Below, one piece after another: positions 36,885 to 46,693 of a stretch of 64,000 bases of DNA. The translations under genes and the position numbers were made by a program. A model generated the notes under the pieces. The model searched no databases, was not told the DNA's origin, and was given only the letters and a program-made list of their open reading frames with translations. The stretch lies in contig JAVJNR010000004.1 in assembly GCA_040217195.1 (NCBI GenBank), forward strand, positions 576,001 to 640,000, in the 5' to 3' direction. This DNA comes from Leptospiraceae bacterium. GTDB taxonomy: Bacteria > Spirochaetota > Leptospiria > Leptospirales > Leptonemataceae. Each line of letters begins with the position of its first letter. Within the stretch, counting starts at the first letter, position 1.

Positions 36885-37078
36885 GGTAAGACTGCAAAGC
36901 CACTGGATTCATTGTCATTCAGGTTTTTGAGTCTAACCACAAAGCGTAGTCTGCCCGGATACTGGTAATCCGATAAAAACCACTTGCCTGTCTTCAGGAT
37001 TCGGACCAAAGCCTAAAACATCATCAGGTTGCCTTAAATGGGGCAACTCGAGTCGAAAGCAAATAACAGGGGGAATAA

Positions 37079-38218
37079 ATGAAGAAAGTAGCAAGCAGCC
37101 TTATGGCTTTTTGTTTTCTGGCATTGGCCGGGCCGCTGAGCGCGGAAGAGCCAGGCTATGGGGCTCTGGAGGTACAGACCGATCTGGTTTCTAACTATAT
37201 CTGGAGAGGCCAGGATGTGATGGCCCTTTATGCTCGTCAGAACTCAGAGCAATACGGTGCGAATTCTGGCGCCTGGACCCTTCAGCCCAGCGTTACATGG
37301 ATAGCACCCACCGGAGGATTCTTTGTCAATATCTGGGGATCCTTTGCTCTCGAGGGAAGAGAGGATGTGGATTCGGATCAGAGAATTCAGACCGGTCCTG
37401 GACAGTCCTTCGTGGGCAATTCCAACTGGTTCGATCCTGCACTGGGAACCGCAATTGCCGGCGCAGGTCCAAATGCCAATACCGCTCCCATAACGGCCTT
37501 TAGTAGTTTACCCGGATTATACCCGGAAGCCAACGGCACTCGCAGAGTGGATGAGCTGGATTTAACCATAGGCTATGAAATGGATTCCACCATCGGTGTT
37601 ATTGGTTTTGGCCTCATTCATTATGCGTATTCCAGCCCACTTGTGAAATCGGACTATGGAAACTTGAATGGGTACTACGGAAATGAGGCCTATGTTACCT
37701 ACTCGCCTGCATTCATGCGAGAGCTCACTTTCAGCTACTATTCTGAGCTAACCAATATATGGCAGTACATTCAGCTGGGTTATGCAGACTCATACGGCAT
37801 CAGCGATACCATCGCAATAGATTACGGACTGAGTGCTGCCTATTCAGTTTACAATCAGGTGCAGGGGATGAATGATATTTCGGCCAACCTGGGAGTGTCT
37901 GCAACCATGGGAAACGGCACGTTTCTGATTTCCTACAACGTTAGCTACAGACCAGAGCTCAAGTTATATGAATGGCTTTATGATGCAGATGCCTATAACA
38001 ATCTACCGGTCTGGATTGATGGAGGAAGTACAGGGTTCGATGGCATGGTTACAGATCCGTCCAGAAGTCAGGGGATCATAAACGATTATGTGAATAATAC
38101 AGTGACTACTCAGATTCAGAATCAAACGGGAAATGCAAACTACACCTACACTCCTAGAATGAAAATACCTCGATTCGTGCACTACGTTAAGTTCGGGTAC
38201 AAATATCTGATCGAATGA
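37079..38218 (+). CDS. Putative outer-membrane beta-barrel (TorF/Gcw_chp-like porin)
   Basis: Strong RBS; signal peptide; DLVSNYIWRG, TLQPS, VNIWGS and DELDLTIGY motifs; aromatic C-terminal strand. Confidence 0.7.
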   Translation: MKKVASSLMAFCFLALAGPLSAEEPGYGALEVQTDLVSNYIWRGQDVMALYARQNSEQYGANSGAWTLQPSVTWIAPTGGFFVNIWGSFALEGREDVDSDQRIQTGPGQSFVGNSNWFDPALGTAIAGAGPNANTAPITAFSSLPGLYPEANGTRRVDELDLTIGYEMDSTIGVIGFGLIHYAYSSPLVKSDYGNLNGYYGNEAYVTYSPAFMRELTFSYYSELTNIWQYIQLGYADSYGISDTIAIDYGLSAAYSVYNQVQGMNDISANLGVSATMGNGTFLISYNVSYRPELKLYEWLYDADAYNNLPVWIDGGSTGFDGMVTDPSRSQGIINDYVNNTVTTQIQNQTGNANYTYTPRMKIPRFVHYVKFGYKYLIE

Positions 38219-38276
38219 TCCAGAGCTTAAGAAACGTTACTATAGATTTGACGGCAGAATGATCAGGGAAGACTCA

Positions 38277-38308
38277 GCCGGAGCCATTGAGCTCCGGCAT
38301 CTTCTTAA
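38277..38308 (+). terminator. Hairpin downstream of the porin gene, probable terminator
   Basis: GCCGGAGC-cattga-GCTCCGGC followed by ATCTTCTT. Confidence 0.5.
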
Positions 38309-38418
38309 TGGCTTTGGCTGCCCCTTCTGCGCATAGCATTCCAGATAGATAGAACAATACTAGCCCGGGAAACAGGAAAAGGAACCGACCAGGAGATAAT
38401 CATGAATCGAATCAGAAA

Positions 38419-38973
38419 TCAATGTATCCTATCAAAAATAGATTGGACTCTTCGATCATAGTCAACCGCCCAATCATTGACAGCATCCTTGTCGATCGTG
38501 CCTCTTGTGACATATACCAGACCATAAGCAAAGCGCCTGATGGTTTCTCTTTTTACATGAACATCCCTGTCCTTTGTCAGAATTTCCACCACTTCATCTG
38601 ATGTATTGAATCTATACTGATCCAGTTGACTATGGTATGTAGAAGAGAACCAGCCTTTCTCCAGCTTGCTTTTTGCTTTTTCAATTTGCGCCAGAACATC
38701 ATTGTACATGGAGTCGGCAGTAAGACCATCCCTGGCGATCCATAGTTTCAATGTTGTGCCATCGTCAGACCTCAGCTCCAATTCGCATTGGTACTCGAAA
38801 GCGTATGAGGACCTACCGGATCCACGTTCTCCTTTCACCTCAAGCCCTGATCCTGCGGCCTCTGCCAGAAGATATTTCTTGTAGGTAGAACAAGCTTCAT
38901 CCGCCGTGTGGCTGTGTCCTGCCGCCATAGGAAGAAACAAAAATAGGATCAGATAGTTTAGCCTGGTTTTCAT
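38419..38973 (-). CDS. Secreted hypothetical protein
   Basis: GGAGG RBS; signal peptide; 184 aa. Confidence 0.7.
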   Translation of the reverse strand: MKTRLNYLILFLFLPMAAGHSHTADEACSTYKKYLLAEAAGSGLEVKGERGSGRSSYAFEYQCELELRSDDGTTLKLWIARDGLTADSMYNDVLAQIEKAKSKLEKGWFSSTYHSQLDQYRFNTSDEVVEILTKDRDVHVKRETIRRFAYGLVYVTRGTIDKDAVNDWAVDYDRRVQSIFDRIH

Positions 38974-39321
38974 GGCCTCCAGGTATCCAGGCGAAATAAC
39001 CTTGGCAATATAAAAACCTGGACTCTCCGGCGATTGGGATTCCTGAAAGTTAGTAATCAGTCTTCCCGGGCTCTACGTTATCCATCGACTCTATTATGGA
39101 AGAGAAATTAGCGTGAGAAGCGATTACAGCCAGACTTTCTGGTGTCCAGAAATGCCTGGCTCCGTGGAGGTCAGGCGTTCGACCGTTCACCCGGATCAGG
39201 CTTTCGCCATCCATTGCAAAAAATTTTTCGGCCAGGAAAATACTGGGTGACAGTCCCATGGCATAACCCCGGATTATTGCCTCCTGAATGGATTTGATCT
39301 TAGTATTCAAAAGACTCCACA

Positions 39322-40299
39322 ATGAAAAAATCAATCTGGTCTTTGCTCCATATTCTCTGCGCCTGGCTCTTGATAGGAGCGTGCTCGACCCCGGGTGGTA
39401 GCGAAACAGGCCAGGAATCTACGGAGCCGGAGGGTACTCCTGTTTTCCAGTATCAGGTTATTGCCGAAGGAGGCTTGCGGCTTCGCTCCAGGCCAACGAT
39501 TGATTCCGATGTACTTGAAACCATACCACGCTGGAGCGTTTTTCAAACGGAAGGAAGGAGCCCCCACGCCGAAGAAACCATCGATGGCCGCAGAGGGGAA
39601 TGGATTCCATTAAAGAACGGGTGGCTCTTCAGCGGGTTTCTTACCTCCAGTGCCACAGTATTCTATCCCAGGACCGGAACAACCGCTCATTCTTATTTCA
39701 AGCCGAGCACTGCAGCAGAGAAATTTCCGTGGAAAGATGGATTCAAATTAGTCAGTAGCTATGACCTGCGACATACCGATTCGAATGGAGAAACCTGGCG
39801 AAAAGTGACCTACGAATTCGGATATGCCATAAGGTGGTTTCGGGAATCGGAAATGGAGGCAGGGGTTCCGGCCACCGATTATTGTAATTCAGAAAGTAGC
39901 GAAAACTGTCTACACCCCGGTCTGCGCCAGTATGTAAATGGCGGATCCATCCAACCTATGGGTTGCGAGTGTTTCGGGCCTATCCAGCTGTTCCCTCGGG
40001 GGGAAGTAGAAGGGTGCGGCCAGAGCGTGGGATCCTGGAAAACGAATGCCGACGGATCCATTCGCATCGAAATGCGGCAGAGCAATTACAGGTGCGAAGA
40101 TATACAGGGCCACATCTGCCAGTTTCGCTACCCGGGCAAAATGTTCGTAAAGAAAGTAAACTTGAATCGCTTCTCTCTCAAGCAGAGCCATCGCGAAGAG
40201 CTGAAGGCACGAGTGCACGGATACGATGAGGGATTCTTGCCTGTAACTCTGGACGGGCAACTGCTCAATCCAAGTATCTGTCAACCAGTGGGCCGATAA
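39322..40299 (+). CDS. SH3b-domain lipoprotein with Cys-rich C-terminal region
   Basis: LIGA-C lipobox; GGLRLRSRP...ETIDGRRGEW...GWLFSGFL. Confidence 0.78.
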   Translation: MKKSIWSLLHILCAWLLIGACSTPGGSETGQESTEPEGTPVFQYQVIAEGGLRLRSRPTIDSDVLETIPRWSVFQTEGRSPHAEETIDGRRGEWIPLKNGWLFSGFLTSSATVFYPRTGTTAHSYFKPSTAAEKFPWKDGFKLVSSYDLRHTDSNGETWRKVTYEFGYAIRWFRESEMEAGVPATDYCNSESSENCLHPGLRQYVNGGSIQPMGCECFGPIQLFPRGEVEGCGQSVGSWKTNADGSIRIEMRQSNYRCEDIQGHICQFRYPGKMFVKKVNLNRFSLKQSHREELKARVHGYDEGFLPVTLDGQLLNPSICQPVGR

Positions 40300-40317
40300 T
40301 CAATCAATGCCTTTGGA

Positions 40318-41553
40318 TCATGCCCGGGCCTGCCTTTTTCTATAACTTCGCAGCAGCGCGAAACCCAGGATCAGCAAAGCTGCTACCAGCAATGCCAGCC
40401 CCGCCCCTTCGTAGAGTACATCCAATCCTGTAGCCCCCCTGAGGGGCTCGGTTATTACCGGAGAGAAAAACTGACCCAGGAAAATGGCCGCTCCCAGGGC
40501 ACCCACCACCCGGCCCCGAAATGCCTCCGGAGTCACGGCAACCACCCATAGATTTAGATTTGGCATTAGCATTCCAAAACCCAGGCCGCAAATAGCCAGG
40601 CCAATCCAGACCTGAATCAAAGTGGTGGCACTTCCAAAGATAACGTAACCGGTGCCCATAAAAACGCAGATTAGAACACAGATCATTAGATGAGAAAAAT
40701 GCTTTCGCACATGTCCAAAGTTAAGAGAACAAAGAGAGGACACGAATGTAGCCAGTGCAATGGAGGCACCGCTTATGAAACCGCTGGCCTGAAACTCTTG
40801 CTCAAGAAAAAATGGAAGCTGCACCGGAATTAAATAGAATACTACCATCCCTCCGAATGCGAAGAATAGCAAAAACGTAATTACTGGTAGATGCAGAGAT
40901 TCTGGATCCCCCGGTATTGCAGTTTCGTAGGACTTTCTCTCTGGCTCGAATACAGACATGGCTGCGATGGGGGCAAGTATCAGGGCAAAAGAGTATACCA
41001 GGAATGGTCCTCTCCAGCTCCATTCGGAAAGCGCTCCACCGGCCAGCAAAAATACGACACCTCCAAGCCCCATGAAGGCAGCCTGGTAGCCCAGGAATCG
41101 AGCGCGATGGGGTCCATAGAAGTAATCAGATATTAGTGCCGTTGCTGAGGTTATTACCCCGGCAACGCTCATTCCGAGGATGGCCCGGGACACCAGAATA
41201 GAAGCAAGTGAATCAAGAAAGAATCCGGCAGTTCCGCTAATGCCATAGAGCACTGTGGATAGCACCAGCAGGCGCTTTCTTCCAAATCGGTCTGCAATCC
41301 ATCCTGCAATCGGAGCCGTAAGAGCGATGAACAATGCAGGCAATGTCAAAAGCAGCTTCACCCAGAAAGCAACATCCGGAACATCAATGAAGTGTTTCTT
41401 CATGGCCGGAAGAGACGGAGACATGGTGGCTCCGGCCATAACCGTAAGAGAACTGGCAGCCAGCAGAGAAAATTGGAGCCATCGATTCAGTCGATTATCC
41501 GTTTGCTGTGGCGGAGACTCCTCCTTCGATTGGCTGGAAGTATTCAATGTCAT
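40318..41553 (-). CDS. MFS transporter
   Basis: Motif A (GWIADRFGRKRLL); about 12 TM segments; PEAFRGRVVG. Confidence 0.92.
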   Translation of the reverse strand: MTLNTSSQSKEESPPQQTDNRLNRWLQFSLLAASSLTVMAGATMSPSLPAMKKHFIDVPDVAFWVKLLLTLPALFIALTAPIAGWIADRFGRKRLLVLSTVLYGISGTAGFFLDSLASILVSRAILGMSVAGVITSATALISDYFYGPHRARFLGYQAAFMGLGGVVFLLAGGALSEWSWRGPFLVYSFALILAPIAAMSVFEPERKSYETAIPGDPESLHLPVITFLLFFAFGGMVVFYLIPVQLPFFLEQEFQASGFISGASIALATFVSSLCSLNFGHVRKHFSHLMICVLICVFMGTGYVIFGSATTLIQVWIGLAICGLGFGMLMPNLNLWVVAVTPEAFRGRVVGALGAAIFLGQFFSPVITEPLRGATGLDVLYEGAGLALLVAALLILGFALLRSYRKRQARA

Positions 41554-43609
41554 ATAAAGTACCTGCTCGTTGCTCCCGGGGCTTCCAGACAGCCTCCACT
41601 CTCAGACCGGTGCGAATATCATCCACTTTCAATCCATCTACAAGATGATATAGATGTGTATTGGTTCCATCCAGCTTGATATAACCGTAGGTGTAAGGCG
41701 GCTTTCGCGGCTGTCCAGGATACTCCAGATGAACCGTGGTGAAGCTTTCCAGGACTCCGGTGCGGGGGACTTCAATATATTCCGTACATTCTACAAAGCA
41801 AATGCCGCAATAGATCTTGGGCGGAACCTGGATCTTCTTGCATTCCGGGCAACGTGTACCAAAGATTTTTTCCTCATTCTTGAGGCCAGTGTAAAACCTG
41901 GTGAGCGCCTTTCCATAGACCCAGCGATATTCAATATCCACTTTTCCAGGTATTCGATTGAGTAGCTTCTGATTCCGGAGATAGTCTTCAGCCATTCGTT
42001 TCTTCTGAATAGTAAGGTGGCTACTACGAGGAAAATTTGCTACATTGACGATCTTTCCTGGCACAGATTCCACCGGTAGCTGATTTCGCAGTCTGTTTTT
42101 CAATTCAGATACATCCATTGAGGTTGTTTCAACCATACGAACAAAGGCCAGGATCTCCTGGCCCATTTTTGCATCTGGAATACCAATCACCGCCACTTCC
42201 TGAATTTCCGGATAGGAAAGCATTGCCTGTTCAATTTCAGTTGCAAAAACGTCTATGTCATTTCTGCGAATTCGATCCCAGGATCTGCAATGAAAGAACA
42301 ACTGACCCTCTTTTAAATAACCCAGGTCTTCTGTGCGAAACCAGCGCTCCCGGTCTTCCGCGAAATCTTCGACTGCTGACTCATAGGAGGTTGGATTCGT
42401 TTCTACGTTCAAATTGCTTTCCAGATCAATGCTGCGAATCCAAATATCGCCGATCTGCCCGGCTTTCGCCTCCTGAAATGAGGGAGAATCGGGCGCTAGC
42501 ACAGAGTAGCTGGAAGGCTTTGTTCTGGAACTAACAGAGGAATCAGTTTGCAACGATCCTATGCGAATCTCCGTGCCTGGAAGCGCCTGGCCACAGGAAC
42601 TGGACTTTCCTGGAGATTTGACCAGAGAAACAATCCCTGCCAGTTCAGTCACATGGTAGCCCCGGTACAGCACCCAACCGTTTTCTTTGATTCTTGCATA
42701 GCTTTCTGGCGACGGACCATTACCTGAAATCACAACCTTATTCAAAGATTCCGGGTCTACTGAAAGTTCCCCTTCGAGCTGACTGGATGACTGCACATCC
42801 GTTGAACCACGATTCAGGTATGAGTTTAGTGATTTTGAGCAGGCGAATAGTACAGTAGATCTATTACTGTTGCCAGATATTCGCATAGATGCGCCTGCAT
42901 TCATTGCCGACAGAGCAAAAGAAACCACATTGTGAATACTGGAGAGTTCATCCCAGAGTAAGAGCTCATCCCGAGAGTCCAGTTCCAGAAATACGGCCAG
43001 ATCCCTGGCTCTTTTCCAGAGCCCGCAACCAAATCCAATAGGTTTTGGCTGGTTTTCTGTGCCTGCCGTAAATGCGATGATTGCCGGTAAACGATCACCG
43101 GGCATCCCCGGGGTTGCCTGCTTCTCACTACTGAAGGCAACGTGACTGTCAGAGGCGGATTGAGATTCTCCTGGACTATTTTCTTCGCTGTCTTTCCATG
43201 ATTGGTTTTCTGTTATCAGTCCGTCCAGGGACTGAATTACGGACCATACAGGCTCCAGATTGGAATCAAGGGATTTCGAATAACTCAAAAACCGGGCCGA
43301 ACATTTCTGCAGACTTCGCGCGATTTGCTCTCCATTCCAGCGATGGGACAGCAACACCGGGGTGGAATTGGCCATGGAAATGGCAAATAGATCCAGCAAG
43401 ATAGGTAGCTTCTCTGAGTGATAGATACCTGCCGCTGTGCCAGGCTTCAAACCCATTCCTTGAAGCTCCAGGGCCCTTTTTCGCACCAGATCCAGAAAAT
43501 CATTGTAGCTAATGCTACCGTCCTCTGTATTCAAGAAAGGTCTGGAGTTATGCGTCCTGGAAGAGAATTCCAGCATTTCAGATAGCGATACGGGCATTGT
43601 TTCGTTCAT
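41495..43609 (-). CDS. Degenerate AMP-binding (acyl-CoA ligase-like) domain fused to a C-terminal Zn-ribbon/OB-fold (DUF35) domain
   Basis: ANL-fold landmarks (SCGQALPG, WFRTEDLG, EVAVIGIPDAKMGQE); then TRCPECKK...YCGIC, PYTYGYIKLDG and GLRVEAVW. Confidence 0.85.
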   Translation of the reverse strand: MNETMPVSLSEMLEFSSRTHNSRPFLNTEDGSISYNDFLDLVRKRALELQGMGLKPGTAAGIYHSEKLPILLDLFAISMANSTPVLLSHRWNGEQIARSLQKCSARFLSYSKSLDSNLEPVWSVIQSLDGLITENQSWKDSEENSPGESQSASDSHVAFSSEKQATPGMPGDRLPAIIAFTAGTENQPKPIGFGCGLWKRARDLAVFLELDSRDELLLWDELSSIHNVVSFALSAMNAGASMRISGNSNRSTVLFACSKSLNSYLNRGSTDVQSSSQLEGELSVDPESLNKVVISGNGPSPESYARIKENGWVLYRGYHVTELAGIVSLVKSPGKSSSCGQALPGTEIRIGSLQTDSSVSSRTKPSSYSVLAPDSPSFQEAKAGQIGDIWIRSIDLESNLNVETNPTSYESAVEDFAEDRERWFRTEDLGYLKEGQLFFHCRSWDRIRRNDIDVFATEIEQAMLSYPEIQEVAVIGIPDAKMGQEILAFVRMVETTSMDVSELKNRLRNQLPVESVPGKIVNVANFPRSSHLTIQKKRMAEDYLRNQKLLNRIPGKVDIEYRWVYGKALTRFYTGLKNEEKIFGTRCPECKKIQVPPKIYCGICFVECTEYIEVPRTGVLESFTTVHLEYPGQPRKPPYTYGYIKLDGTNTHLYHLVDGLKVDDIRTGLRVEAVWKPREQRAGTLYDIEYFQPIEGGVSATANG

Positions 43610-43654
43610 GGATTTTTTAGCTCCGATTCCTGGGCGATGGACTGAGCAATTCAA

Positions 43655-44188
43655 TCAGTCGGAAGTTCCTTCGGTCAATGGCTTCGATTCAGGCTTAAAA
43701 TACAGGATGTCTCGAATGCTGCCGGAACTGTGTTCGGCCCAGACAGTAAGTAATGCATCGCCAGGTTTTGTATTCTTCAGAGTTTCCAGAGAACCTACAA
43801 TTAAATGAATCAATTCCGTTTCTACACCCGGATAGAAAATGGCCGCAAGCATATACGGGGGCTGAACACCTTCGGGCAGATTATGCGGGCTGCGATGTAC
43901 AATGGTTCCGGCCTTCAACACAGGATTGTCCTGCACAGACATTAGCTCATCGCATCGTCCTCCAAAGGGTGAGCGAGACTGGGCCGGAAGAAATAGTTTT
44001 CCGGTACGTTTGCATCTTCCTGCCTTGAGCTCTCCCTCTCTCAGTGAAGTCAAAAATGCGCCGATGACAGAGCCCGGATTCCATTGATAGTCCAGTTGCA
44101 CACTACCCTGCATGACCATGGGCTGTATCGTTTCCCATTCGTTTTCCCTGGTGCCAGACAAGGGAGGTTTCCCATCGTTTTGACTCAT
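43655..44188 (-). CDS. DUF35-type OB-fold protein lacking intact Zn-binding CxxC pairs
   Basis: LDYQWNPGSVIGAFLTSLREG, PPYMLAAI...LIHLI and VW...GSIRDILYFKP; 4-bp overlap with the upstream thiolase-like gene. Confidence 0.85.
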   Translation of the reverse strand: MSQNDGKPPLSGTRENEWETIQPMVMQGSVQLDYQWNPGSVIGAFLTSLREGELKAGRCKRTGKLFLPAQSRSPFGGRCDELMSVQDNPVLKAGTIVHRSPHNLPEGVQPPYMLAAIFYPGVETELIHLIVGSLETLKNTKPGDALLTVWAEHSSGSIRDILYFKPESKPLTEGTSD

Positions 44189-45384
44189 TGTGCCTTTCCT
44201 GAGGTAGATTCACGGATCTCCATATCCCGGTCTGAACTGAGAATCATCACTGTGTGGAATTGGATAGCTCCGCCCCATCCCTGGGCCAGACCGATCTTCG
44301 CCCCGGGTACCTGTCTATCGCCGGCTCGGCCCATTACCTGAAGAGCTACTTCTGCCTGCCTGATGATTGCGCTGGCTCCGATTGAATTGTTGGACAATAC
44401 TCCTCCAGATGGATTCACCGGTAGTTTCCCATCCATGGCCGTGGTTCCGTTTTCAATAAGTTTATAGGATTCCCCTGGTTCGCATAGACCCAGAGCATCA
44501 TACCAGAATAGATGCTGGCTGGAAAAAGCATCATACAGCTCCATAACGTCCAGTTGTTCCAGCGGATCCGTAATACCCACAGCACGATAGCAACGCTGGG
44601 CGGCTTCTCGCAAAGCCACAGGATCGCCCCAGTCCCGGTCTGGATAATTGACCCCGTCCGATATCGTGGCTGCGGCCTGAATCCAGGCCAGAGGTTGATC
44701 CAGTTTCTCGGCTACCTTTTCGCCCACCAGAACCATGGCACAGGCTGCATCGGAAGTGGGACAGGCATCCAGCAAACGCAATGGGGTGGATAACCAGTTC
44801 ATGGATTTCATTAGCTCTTCAGATATCTGCGGTAGCTTCAGTTGTGCATTGGGATTCTTCAGAGCATTCTTTCGCATCATGGTGCCAATCTTTGCGAAGT
44901 GGTTCTCATTTACTTCCGGATAATGACTCATATAAATTCTGGTCTGGTTGGCTACCGCCGATGGAGCCCCCCCGGCGAAATCCCGGCCCATGGTGGGCGA
45001 ATAAACCAGAGACAGGCCCTGCTGAACCGAGGATTCGCTCAATTTATCGCCAGAGACAACAAGAACTATGTCAAACATACCCGAAGCCACAAGATTGTAG
45101 CCGGCAATGGTGGTGGCTGCGCCCACTGTTCCCCCGGTTTGAATTCGAAAGTGACTGTTTAAAACACCCACAGAGTAATCTGCCGCCCAGTGTTCCGGTT
45201 CGCCTACCCCCTCGAAGAATTCCGGACCGCTTCCCATGACGGTGCAATCGATCCGATCTTCGCCTATGCCGGCATCATCCAGTGCCAGATCGCAGGCTTC
45301 GCCGATCAATTCCGGGAAATTTACATCCCTTCGCTTGAGCTTTGTCCTTGTCTGTCCAATTCCTGCTATGGCTACCTTTTGCAT
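44185..45384 (-). CDS. Thiolase-fold protein without catalytic Cys (Ltp3-like putative aldolase subunit)
   Basis: RIQTGGTVG in place of ACASG; ACPTSDAAC, ELYDAF and VNPSGGVLS motifs. Confidence 0.85.
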   Translation of the reverse strand: MQKVAIAGIGQTRTKLKRRDVNFPELIGEACDLALDDAGIGEDRIDCTVMGSGPEFFEGVGEPEHWAADYSVGVLNSHFRIQTGGTVGAATTIAGYNLVASGMFDIVLVVSGDKLSESSVQQGLSLVYSPTMGRDFAGGAPSAVANQTRIYMSHYPEVNENHFAKIGTMMRKNALKNPNAQLKLPQISEELMKSMNWLSTPLRLLDACPTSDAACAMVLVGEKVAEKLDQPLAWIQAAATISDGVNYPDRDWGDPVALREAAQRCYRAVGITDPLEQLDVMELYDAFSSQHLFWYDALGLCEPGESYKLIENGTTAMDGKLPVNPSGGVLSNNSIGASAIIRQAEVALQVMGRAGDRQVPGAKIGLAQGWGGAIQFHTVMILSSDRDMEIRESTSGKAQ

Positions 45385-45421
45385 ATCATGTCCACCTATC
45401 TGTTCTTTTCTGCGCCTTCAC

Positions 45422-46549
45422 CTAACGTTCCAGGAAGAAAACTATGTTGGATTGCATGGCAAGACCGGCCTGAGCATGAACCAGTGCGCGGTCCGCTTTC
45501 TTCAGCTGAACCGGTCCGGCTTTTCCCTGGATCTGCAAATGGGCCTCCAGCATTCGCATTAATCCGGTGGCATAGGGAACATGGGAGCAAATAGTTCCCC
45601 CGGACGGATTGACCTGGATCTGATTCGCATCTGAGCGAAGCCACCTGGGCCCGGATAAACTTCCAGTGAGTTGCAAGGCCTCGTACAACATCAATTCTTG
45701 ATGAGCATAGATTTCCTGAACCTCTGCAAAATCCACGTCCGTCGATTTCATTCCTGCTTGAGCAGAGGCCTTTTCCAGCGCCACTCTTGCAGAGGCCACT
45801 GCCCCCAGATTACGAAAGGTGGGATAATATGCATCGCTGGCAAATCCCACGCCTTGAACGAAGGACGCTGCCAGTGAGTTTTCCTTTATGTATTGCTCGG
45901 ATGCCAGAAAAAGCACCACGCATCCGTCTCCGGCTCGGGCGATGCTCAATTCTCTAAGAGGATCTGCCACGGGCTGCGAATCTATTATGTCCCGGGCAAC
46001 TAGATCCATGCCCTGTCCTTGCATGCATCGTGGGTTCAGACTTCCTTTTCTTCGATTCCGGGCCGCGATCTCTGCGAAGTCCATTTCGTTGGCGCCGCTG
46101 GCTTGCATATAGAATTGGGCCTGGAGAGCTGCAATGGAATCCCCATCGGCACCTACAGGCCTTAGATAGAACGGGTCTGCACTCATGGCGCTAAAGGCAG
46201 AATAGCCCACCTGGCTGGCCTTGGAATAGGCAACTACCATCGCGGTTTGAAATTTGCCGGTAAGAATCTTCGCCATGGCATACATGGCTCCCCAGGCACC
46301 GTCCCGTTCCACCTTGGACTCGTCTTTCAGAAAGGAACCGGCCGCCTCCACCTGGTAAACGTGATTTATGGATATACCATCCAGGACGTCATCGGCGCAC
46401 TGAACTACTGTATCAATGTCAGATCTCTGGAGGCCGGCCTCTTTCATGGCCTGGCGCACCGTCAAAAAGACAGTCTCCTCCACCGACAATTCCAGGTTCT
46501 CAGGCTCAATGATTGAAGCCCCACCGATGATCCCCACTCGATTTTGCAT
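45422..46549 (-). CDS. Thiolase-fold protein without catalytic Cys (Ltp4-like)
   Basis: ESKVERDGAWGAMYA, VVAYSKAS, VNPSGG and HAQAGLAMQSN motifs; ATG at 46549 chosen. Confidence 0.82.
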   Translation of the reverse strand: MQNRVGIIGGASIIEPENLELSVEETVFLTVRQAMKEAGLQRSDIDTVVQCADDVLDGISINHVYQVEAAGSFLKDESKVERDGAWGAMYAMAKILTGKFQTAMVVAYSKASQVGYSAFSAMSADPFYLRPVGADGDSIAALQAQFYMQASGANEMDFAEIAARNRRKGSLNPRCMQGQGMDLVARDIIDSQPVADPLRELSIARAGDGCVVLFLASEQYIKENSLAASFVQGVGFASDAYYPTFRNLGAVASARVALEKASAQAGMKSTDVDFAEVQEIYAHQELMLYEALQLTGSLSGPRWLRSDANQIQVNPSGGTICSHVPYATGLMRMLEAHLQIQGKAGPVQLKKADRALVHAQAGLAMQSNIVFFLER

Positions 46550-46650
46550 AGCCTGTCCGAAGGCAGTATTGATTGACAAATCAGTCAATCAATTTTCACA
46601 GATTGCCTGAATCCAGGGGAGTTCACCGTTTGCAGCGCGGAAAAAGGCGG

Positions 46651-46682
46651 AAAGAAAAAGGCCGGACCAATACGGTCCGACC
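46651..46682 (-). terminator. Intrinsic terminator after the LURP-one-like gene
   Basis: Minus strand GGTCGGACC-gtatt-GGTCCGGCC followed by TTTTTCTTT. Confidence 0.7.
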
Positions 46683-46693
46683 ATCCACAGGGT

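Noticed and set aside
39050..39334. 94-aa minus-strand ORF
   Set aside because: No motif or clear RBS, and it overlaps the start of the SH3 lipoprotein gene
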